A stretch of DNA of 32,000 bases from Ktedonobacterales bacterium (GTDB lineage Bacteria; Chloroflexota; Ktedonobacteria; Ktedonobacterales; JADMIN01): positions 3,720,001 to 3,752,000 of the forward strand of contig CP126532.1 of assembly GCA_030167145.1 (NCBI GenBank), given 5' to 3'. Numbering within the stretch: the first letter of the stretch is position 1; each line of letters opens with the position of its first letter. Positions 17,414 through 23,280 of the stretch are shown here, piece by piece. A program made the position numbers and the translations under genes. The notes beneath the pieces are model-generated. The model did no database searches and was not told the origin of the DNA. It saw only the letters and a program-made list of their open reading frames with translations.

Positions 17414-18832
17414 GGCGGAGGCCGCTCCTCCCGCGCCGCTGCTATGAGGGAAGGGGAGCGCAGCACGACGACGTTGGCGGTGGGTGAGCGCGGGCTGGCG
17501 GGTGGGTGGCTTTTTGGGGTGTGGAGTGTGCGGTGGGCAGACAGGAATGTCCACCCCACCAGTTGCCGATTCTGCCGATTTGCGCAGAGAGGGAGTTGCC
17601 GATTTTGCCGATTTTGCCGATTTTTGATGTTGGGGCGTGTGGGACGTGTACATCCGGCCATCAATGGCCGGAGCACGGTCGAGGCCAAGGAGGCGGATGA
17701 TCTGGCGCTGGACGTTGAGGGCGACGCGCAGGTAGGCGTCGGGACGGCAGGGGATGTGCGGTGGGCGGACCTCTCCCCCCAGCCCCCTCCCCTGCGAGGG
17801 GAGGGGGAGAGGAGTTGCCGATTCTGCCGATTTTTCAGGAAGGGTGGTGGGGAAGGCTTGGGCGATGAGCGATTGGTGGAGGGTGGCATCGGTGTCGTAG
17901 CTGGCCCAGGCGGCGGCGAGGAGTTGGCGCAGCCCTTCGAGGGCGGTGGTGAGCTGGGCGGTGTAGGTATGGAGGGAGTCGGCGCGGATCTCGTCCTGGA
18001 TGGCGGCGATCCAGGCGCGGATGGTGCGCTGGGGGACGCCAAGCTGTTGTGAGATGGCGGGGGCGCGCAGGCCCTGGCAGTGGAGGGCGAAGGCTTGGTC
18101 GCGCAGCGGGATGCGGTCGAGATGGGGGGCGTGGGGGGTATGGGCGTTGTCGGCGCGCTTGGCGCTCTCGGCCATCAATGGCCGGAGCACGGGCGAAGGG
18201 GCATGAATGCCCAGACGCGCTGTGGCAGGAGTGGCCGATGGCGCAGGCGGGCAGACAGGAATGTCCGCCCCACCAGTTGCCGATGCTGCCGATTTGGCGG
18301 TGCTCTGGGCAGAGGCGGGAGTTGCCGATGTGGCCGATTTTTGGATGATGGTCCGCGCTGGTGATCCAGCAGGCGATGCGGGTATCGCCCCTACGGCGGC
18401 AAGGTGAGAGGGTTGGGGAGTTGCCGATGCTGCCGATTTTTTGTCAGAGGTGGAGGTGTAGAGTTCCTGGGCGAGGAGTTGGGCGAGGGCGTGGTCGGCG
18501 TCCTGGGTGGCGGGGTCGTCGGGGTCGAGGGAGTCGAGATGGTCGAGGGCGGCGGCGAGGTGGGGTGGGAGGGAGTGGAAGAAGGCGAAGAGGCTGGCGG
18601 GGTCGGTGTAGTCGAGGGCGTGGAAGGCGTCGAGGAGGGTGGGAGATGGGGGCTGAGAGATAGGGTGCGGCGCGGTGAGCAGGTCAGGCGCTGATGGTGT
18701 GGATGGTGTGGATGGCGCGGTAGGTGGCGCAGATGTTCCCGCTGGATCAGCAGCGGGCGATGTGGACATTGCCTCTGCAGTGGCAAGGGAGATGGGGGTG
18801 ATGGGGGTTGGATGAGCAAGGATGGCAGACAT
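17378..18832 (-). CDS. hypothetical HTH-domain protein interleaved with DNA repeat modules (terminase-small-subunit-like or IS630-N-terminal-like HTH; possibly degenerate at the 3' end)
   Basis: The ATG at 18832 is preceded by AGGAGG with an 8-nt spacer. The HTH-like segment reads LRDQAFALHCQGLRAPAISQQLGVPQRTIRAWIAAIQDE. A later segment is AYLRVALNVQRQIIRLLGLD. Six KSAxSAT peptides are encoded by a recurring DNA motif. The last ~90 codons consist only of repeat elements, so the true end is uncertain. Confidence 0.4.
   Translation of the reverse strand: MSAILAHPTPITPISLATAEAMSTSPAADPAGTSAPPTAPSTPSTPSAPDLLTAPHPISQPPSPTLLDAFHALDYTDPASLFAFFHSLPPHLAAALDHLDSLDPDDPATQDADHALAQLLAQELYTSTSDKKSAASATPQPSHLAAVGAIPASPAGSPARTIIQKSATSATPASAQSTAKSAASATGGADIPVCPPAPSATPATARLGIHAPSPVLRPLMAESAKRADNAHTPHAPHLDRIPLRDQAFALHCQGLRAPAISQQLGVPQRTIRAWIAAIQDEIRADSLHTYTAQLTTALEGLRQLLAAAWASYDTDATLHQSLIAQAFPTTLPEKSAESATPLPLPSQGRGLGGEVRPPHIPCRPDAYLRVALNVQRQIIRLLGLDRAPAIDGRMYTSHTPQHQKSAKSAKSATPSLRKSAESATGGVDIPVCPPHTPHPKKPPTRQPALTHRQRRRAALPFPHSSGAGGAASALPFPRREGAGG
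17535..17581 (+). repeat. 47-bp composite repeat, copy A (hairpin GACAggaaTGTC module plus AGTTGCCGATTCTGCCGATTT motif)
   Basis: GGGCAGACAGGAATGTCCACCCCACCAGTTGCCGATTCTGCCGATTT, matching 18249-18295 at 45/47. Confidence 0.85.
17594..17625 (+). repeat. AGTTGCCGAT(TTTGCCGAT)2TTTT motif copy with three 9-bp units
   Basis: AGTTGCCGATTTTGCCGATTTTGCCGATTTTT. The 9-bp unit TGCCGATTT is reiterated. On the minus strand it reads KSAKSAKSAT. Confidence 0.85.
17655..17678 (+). repeat. 24-bp repeat with palindromic core GGCCATcaATGGCC, copy 1
   Basis: CGGCCATCAATGGCCGGAGCACGG is identical to 18169-18192. The offset between the copies is 514 bp, which is not a multiple of 3. Confidence 0.85.
17770..17812. 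repeat. G/C-rich bulged hairpin module inside the repeat locus
   Basis: Perfect 11-bp stem CCCCCTCCCCT-gcg-AGGGGAGGGGG (17783-17807), extended by CCTCT/AGAGG across an 8-nt bulge. GTGCGGTGGGCGGAC lies immediately before it and a GCCGAT motif copy immediately after. Confidence 0.7.
17813..17835 (+). repeat. AGTTGCCGATTCTGCCGATTTTT motif copy
   Basis: Direct match to the motif consensus, in the same orientation and frame as the other five copies. Confidence 0.85.
18169..18192 (+). repeat. 24-bp repeat with palindromic core, copy 2
   Basis: CGGCCATCAATGGCCGGAGCACGG, identical to 17655-17678. Confidence 0.85.
18249..18295 (+). repeat. 47-bp composite repeat, copy A'
   Basis: GGGCAGACAGGAATGTCCGCCCCACCAGTTGCCGATGCTGCCGATTT, matching 17535-17581 at 45/47. 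Confidence 0.85.
18320..18342 (+). repeat. AGTTGCCGATGTGGCCGATTTTT motif copy
   Basis: Match to the motif consensus, in the same orientation and frame. Confidence 0.8.
18419..18442 (+). repeat. AGTTGCCGATGCTGCCGATTTTTT motif copy
   Basis: Match to the motif consensus, in the same orientation and frame. Confidence 0.85.
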
Positions 18833-18861
18833 GGTTGGGAACCTCCTGGTTGATGGCGAGA

Positions 18862-18941
18862 GAACCTAACCCCCGGCCCCTCCTCGGAACGGCTCGGAGG
18901 GGCCGCTCTGCGTGCCCTTCCCTACCAGGGAAGGGGAGAGG
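18862..18941 (+). repeat. REP-like element (copy 3) carrying a nested ~35-nt hairpin insertion
   Basis: GAACCTAACCCCCGGCCCC, then the insert TCCTCGGAACGGCTCGGAGGGGCCGCTCTGCGTGCC, then CTTCCCTaccAGGGAAGGGGAGAGG. The insert has its own stem, CCCCTCC/GGAGGGG. Its core CCTCGGAACGGCnCGGAGGG recurs in the 39-bp tandem at 19029-19110. Confidence 0.7.
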
Positions 18942-19028
18942 CGCGGTCCGCAACGCCTGATGGGCCGCCGAGACGGCGGCGGTACATGGGGCGCGGCGAT
19001 GAATGGCCGGCGCAGGTGAATGGGCGCA

Positions 19029-19110
19029 CGCCTCGGAACGGCGCGGAGGGACTGCGCTCCGCTTGCCCGCCTCGGAACGGCGCGGAGGGACTGCGCTCCG
19101 CTTGCCCGCC
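19029..19110. repeat. perfect 39-bp tandem duplication (about 2.1 units)
   Basis: The unit CCTCGGAACGGCGCGGAGGGACTGCGCTCCGCTTGCCCG occupies 19031-19069 and 19070-19108 and is identical in both. Each unit contains the GCGGAG/CTCCGC stem. Confidence 0.9.
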
Positions 19111-19235
19111 GTGCGCCACTACGAAATCGCAGGGTGGCATAGAAAAGGCGCCGCGCGGTTCCCGTGGGGCGTGGGAGTGGAGACGCCCAGGGAGGATGCG
19201 CGGCGCCGAATCTACGGCTCACCGTGGTTGGAGAT

Positions 19236-19264
19236 AGTATAGAATATTTGTTCGAGATATGCAA
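19236..19264 (-). promoter_or_regulatory. candidate sigma-70 promoter reading leftward toward the HTH ORF
   Basis: On the minus strand: TTGCAT (19264-19259), a 17-nt spacer, then TATACT (19241-19236). It lies in the only AT-rich patch of the divergent intergenic region and implies a leader of about 395 nt. Confidence 0.45.
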
Positions 19265-19386
19265 GAGGGTCAGCGGGCGCTGTGGCGTGGCGGGTTGCCC
19301 TCCACTGCCCAACCTGCTATAGTGGAATCATCGGCGGGCGCTGGCTGTAGTGCTGGCTGTGACCAGGATTCGAGGCAGAGGGCATC

Positions 19387-22300
19387 ATGTCGCAACCGCT
19401 CACCGACGCTATCACGGCGCTCATTGCTGCGCTGGGTGGCGGCGATGCTACTCATGCTGGTGATGCTGGAGCCGATGCGCGCGATCATGCCATCGCCGCC
19501 CTTCCCGTGGAACGGGCGCTCGCCATCGCGCTGTACCTGGCCCGCTGCGATGCTGGCGCGGCCAATGACGCGGCCCGCGCCGTCGCCGCGCGCATCTACG
19601 CCGCGCTGACCCCGGTCGCCTTCGAGAGCATGCGCATCACCGACGACCTCGCGCGCATCGCCCTGGCCCTGGATATACCGGCGGATGCCGTCGCCCTGCT
19701 GACTGACCGGCTCGCCCGCAGCGAAAGCCTCAGCGCGCTGCAACTGCTGGCGCGCGGCTATATCGCCCAGGGCGACCGCGAACACGCGCAGGCGCTCGCC
19801 GCGCGCCTGCGTAATGGGTCCGACATGCGCATCACCATCTGGCTGATCCTGGGTGAACTGGCTCTCGCCTTCGAGACACCCACCGCCAGCGCCGAAGCCT
19901 ATCAGCACGCGCTGGACCTCGCCCCCAATGGTGGCAGCGCCATTCTGGGGCTTGCCCGCTGCCGCGCGGTCCAGGGCGACGCCACCCGCGCTCGCGAACT
20001 GCTGGCGCGCAACATGGCCGCCTATGGCGAGACGCCTTCCGCGTGGGTGCTGCGCGAGACGCTTGGCATCGTCGCGCTGCTCGGCGCTAGCGACCAGGAT
20101 AGCGATGAGATTGGCGCATGGCGCACGCGGCTGGCGGAGATCGAAGCGGGCGAGGCCACGAGCCTGCGGCTGAGCATCACACCGGATGCTGCATCGGGCG
20201 CGCAGAATGCTCCCACACGACCGCGCCGCCGGGCGGTTGGCGCGCTGCCCATCGCCACCGCCCGCGCGCAGGCCATCGGACACGTCCCCATCGCCGCCAG
20301 CAATACGGATGCGGACGATGATGATGATCGAGATGATTTGGATGCCGCGGCGGCTTCGTCCGCCGCGTCTCAGGTGATCGAAGAAGAACCTGCGTCGCCT
20401 GAACTGCTGGATGCGCTGCGCGAAACGTTCGGCTATGAGAGCTTCCTCCCTGGCCAGGCGACCATCATTGGCGCGGCGCTGGCTGGTGAAGATCTGCTGG
20501 CCCTGATGCCCACCGGCGCGGGCAAATCGCTCTGCTATCAGTTGCCCGCGCTACTGCTCCCCGGCACGACGGTGCTGATCTCGCCGTTGATCGCGCTGAT
20601 GAAAGACCAGCTCGACGGCCTGCCCGCCGCTGCTCGCGCCCAAACGACGATCATCAACAGCCTCGTCGAACGCGATGAGTTGGCGCAGCGCCTGGCCGCC
20701 ATCGCCGCCGGGAAGTATAAGCTGGTCTATGCCGCGCCGGAACGCCTGCGCCAGCAGTCCTTCATCTATGCGCTGCGCCGCGCTGGTGTCGCGCGTTTCG
20801 TCATAGATGAGGCGCATTGTGTGAGCCTGTGGGGACATGACTTCCGCCCTGATTATCTTTTCATCGCTAAGGCGCTGCGCCAACTCGAAGCGGACGGCGC
20901 GCGCATCCCCGTCCTTGCGCTGACGGCTACGGCGACGCCTGAGGTGCGCGCGGGCATCGCCGAGGCGCTGGGGCGCGACCTGCGGATCGTCAATCGTGGG
21001 GTATTTCGCGGCAATCTGCGCTATGAGGCGCTGCCCGCCTACAACGACGACGAACGCCTGCGCGCCGTCGCCCAGATCGTCACCGAGACGCCTGGCAGCG
21101 GCATCATCTACGTGCGCTCGCGCGATGGCTGTGAGAAGGTCGCCGAATTTCTGCGCCGCCGCTGCCACGTCAACGCCATCCACTATCACGCGGGCATGGA
21201 GCGCGATGAGCGCGAGCGCGCCCAGGACGACTTCATCTCCGGGCGGGCGCGGGTGGTCGCGGCAACGGTTGCGTTCGGCATGGGCATTGATAAGCCGGAT
21301 GTGCGCTTCATCGTCCACTATCAGTTGCCCAGTTCGCTCGAAGCCTACGTGCAGGAGTCCGGGCGCGCGGGCCGTGATGGGCAGCCATCGCGCTGTGTGC
21401 TGTTCGTCTCGCCGGGCGATGTCAGCGCGTTGCGCCGCCATGTGCGCCAGGATGAGCTATCTATCGAAACGCTGCGTGCCGTCTACGCCGCCGCGCGCAA
21501 TCTGGTTCGCGCCTCCGCGCCTGCTAGCGCAAGCCTGGGGCGTGTCACCGCTGGTGAACTAGAGACCAGCATCGCCACCGCATTCCAGGCCAGTGGACGC
21601 GCGGTGGATGATACGTCCTCGCGGGTTGCGCTCAGCCTGCTCGAACGCGCGGGCTTCCTGCTGCGCCATCCCGATGTGCCGCGCTCGCCCGCTGTGCGCC
21701 TCACCGGCAGCGCGCCATCTCCGGCGGACCCGCGCGCCGCCGCATTCAGCGCCTTCGTGGCGGCGGCGAACCTGCGCCCCGGCGAGATGCCCGCGCTCGA
21801 TCTCGTGGCGCTGTCCGCGCGCCTGGCTACTACGCCCGCTGCCCTCGAAGAACAGGTGCTTGGCTGGCGCGATGCTGGCCTGCTGGACTATCGCGACAGC
21901 GGGCGCGACTACCTGCTCGAAATCTGCCCGCCGCCACCTGATGGCAAAACCGCGCTGCCCGCGCTGCTCGCCAGCCTTGTCGAGCGCCACGAACGCCATG
22001 TCAGCGACCTCGTGGGCTACACCAGAGTGGCCACCTGCCGTCAACGCCGCATCGCCCGCCATTTCGGCGAGCGCCTGCCCGTTGCCAGGTGCGGTGTCTG
22101 CGACCGCTGCCAGGGGTCCGCATCCGGCGCATCTGGCGAGACGGGCCGTGCCACCCGCCGTGAGCGCCGTGAGCATCTGCCCCGCATCCGCGACGACGCA
22201 GTGATCCGCGAGGCGATCCTGGCGTGCTTGCGCGACCTGCCCTATGCCGTCGGCGTGACCGGCCTCGTCAAGATTCTGCGCGGCTCAGCCGATACCGGCG

Positions 22301-22452
22301 CCACCGCTACCCGCTCGCCCCAGTTTGGCGCGCTGGCTGGCGTTGGCGTCAGCCGTATCTCGAAAATCATCCTAGCGATGGTGATGGATGGCGTTCTCGA
22401 ACGGGATGATGCTGCGGAATATCCCACGTTGCGCATCCATGGCGAGCCATGA
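19387..22452 (+). CDS. recQ: RecQ-family DNA helicase with a ~340-aa N-terminal TPR-like extension, an expanded linker before the Zn motif, and a C-terminal winged-helix-like domain
   Basis: Helicase motifs: MPTGAGKSLCYQLPA, VIDEAHCVSLWGHDFRPDY, ALTATAT, VATVAFGMGIDKPDVRFIVHYQLPSSLEAYVQESGRAGRDG. Zn motif: CRQRRIARHFGE...CGVCDRC. The N-terminal region shows good GC3 codon bias and TPR-like segments (AEAYQHALDLAPNGGSAILGLARCRAVQGDATRARELL). It is 1021 aa, against roughly 600-730 aa for typical RecQ. Confidence 0.85.
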   Translation: MSQPLTDAITALIAALGGGDATHAGDAGADARDHAIAALPVERALAIALYLARCDAGAANDAARAVAARIYAALTPVAFESMRITDDLARIALALDIPADAVALLTDRLARSESLSALQLLARGYIAQGDREHAQALAARLRNGSDMRITIWLILGELALAFETPTASAEAYQHALDLAPNGGSAILGLARCRAVQGDATRARELLARNMAAYGETPSAWVLRETLGIVALLGASDQDSDEIGAWRTRLAEIEAGEATSLRLSITPDAASGAQNAPTRPRRRAVGALPIATARAQAIGHVPIAASNTDADDDDDRDDLDAAAASSAASQVIEEEPASPELLDALRETFGYESFLPGQATIIGAALAGEDLLALMPTGAGKSLCYQLPALLLPGTTVLISPLIALMKDQLDGLPAAARAQTTIINSLVERDELAQRLAAIAAGKYKLVYAAPERLRQQSFIYALRRAGVARFVIDEAHCVSLWGHDFRPDYLFIAKALRQLEADGARIPVLALTATATPEVRAGIAEALGRDLRIVNRGVFRGNLRYEALPAYNDDERLRAVAQIVTETPGSGIIYVRSRDGCEKVAEFLRRRCHVNAIHYHAGMERDERERAQDDFISGRARVVAATVAFGMGIDKPDVRFIVHYQLPSSLEAYVQESGRAGRDGQPSRCVLFVSPGDVSALRRHVRQDELSIETLRAVYAAARNLVRASAPASASLGRVTAGELETSIATAFQASGRAVDDTSSRVALSLLERAGFLLRHPDVPRSPAVRLTGSAPSPADPRAAAFSAFVAAANLRPGEMPALDLVALSARLATTPAALEEQVLGWRDAGLLDYRDSGRDYLLEICPPPPDGKTALPALLASLVERHERHVSDLVGYTRVATCRQRRIARHFGERLPVARCGVCDRCQGSASGASGETGRATRRERREHLPRIRDDAVIREAILACLRDLPYAVGVTGLVKILRGSADTGATATRSPQFGALAGVGVSRISKIILAMVMDGVLERDDAAEYPTLRIHGEP

Positions 22453-22491
22453 GCGCGCCGTGTCAGCCCGCCGTCCACGGCGGCCGGGCTG

Positions 22492-23085
22492 CTACGCCAG
22501 GGTCGCCCCTGGATCAATCGGCTGCGGCTGAAGGTTCGGCGGCAGCTTCGCCTGGAGCCGCTGCCGTACAATCACGTAGCTGAGCGGAATCAGCGCCGTG
22601 GCCGCCAGCAAGATGCTCACCAGGAGGTAGTAGCGCGGGTAAAAATCCGAGCCGCCAGCGGCGAGCAGGCGCTGCCATGCGGCGTACAGCGTGAGCACGC
22701 GCAGCGGGGTTTCCAGCGCGGCGGTCAGCAGGTTGTTCAGCACGATGCCCGTGATCAGCGCGACAAACCACTGCCACTGCGCCCGCTGCGCCGTCCGCAC
22801 CAGACCGACGTAAGCCGCGACACCGAAGGCGACGTTGCCCGCGTCAATCAGAATCTGGGCGGTGGTGCTCATCCAGACGTAGGGCGTGCCGTTGCGCTCG
22901 CTGATGGCCAGGGAGATGAACGACTGATGCAATGATAGCCCGCAAATCAGCAGCAGCGCCGCCGCGTAGGCGAGGATGCGAATCACCCGGAAGGTGGTCT
23001 TGCGGCTCAGCGCGATGGTGATGGCGAACGCCACCGGAATCAACACCATCTCCATCACGAACAATATCTTGACCGGCGCATCCAT
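22492..23085 (-). CDS. hypothetical polytopic membrane protein (about 6 TM)
   Basis: Multiple hydrophobic helices. GAGGAG sits 9 nt upstream of the ATG at 23085 (MDAPVKILF...), while the ORF opens at GTG 23121. A possible own promoter is TTGTGT-17 nt-TAGAAT on the minus strand around 23140-23170. No recognisable family motif. Confidence 0.55.
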   Translation of the reverse strand: MDAPVKILFVMEMVLIPVAFAITIALSRKTTFRVIRILAYAAALLLICGLSLHQSFISLAISERNGTPYVWMSTTAQILIDAGNVAFGVAAYVGLVRTAQRAQWQWFVALITGIVLNNLLTAALETPLRVLTLYAAWQRLLAAGGSDFYPRYYLLVSILLAATALIPLSYVIVRQRLQAKLPPNLQPQPIDPGATLA

Positions 23086-23280
23086 TGGACGCGGCTCCTC
23101 TCTGCTGCCAGCTACCCGCACAACACATGGCCGCTATTCTAGCGGGTTGGGGAGGATGACACAAGAGGGGAAAATGCTGAGTCGGGGAGTCCTCTCCCCC
23201 TGCCCCTCGCGTTCCTGCATGCGGGGGTCGCAGGTGTGGAAGCCTGCGGGCCGCAGTGGGGGATGGGAGCGCGAGTTTTG

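Noticed and set aside
16805-18052. 415-aa plus-strand ORF spanning the end of the binding-protein gene and the repeat locus
   Set aside because: It is out of frame with the real gene at its 5' end and made of G/R/A-rich repeat translation at its 3' end. It has no RBS. The minus-strand ORF with a strong RBS and HTH is the better model.
17528-18442. Possibility that the recurring GCCGAT motifs are a CRISPR array
   Set aside because: The repeat units are only about 21 bp with internal 9-bp tandems. The spacings are highly irregular (33 to 462 bp), there are no cas genes, and the region lies inside an ORF with a strong RBS.
18866-19312. 148-aa minus-strand ORF across the divergent intergenic region
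   Set aside because: It consists of translated tandem and REP repeats (RRASGAQSLRAVPRR x2). The region is better explained as a non-coding leader with repeats.
17238-19386. Possibility of an IS element, transposon or prophage
   Set aside because: No transposase, integrase, recombinase or structural phage genes are recognisable, and I found no terminal inverted repeats bracketing the block. Only an HTH segment of possible terminase-small or IS630-N-terminal type is present.
19270-20283. 337-aa minus-strand ORF opposite the RecQ N-terminal extension
   Set aside because: It has R/G/Q-rich shadow composition. The plus frame shows good GC3 codon bias and TPR-like helices continuous with the helicase core.
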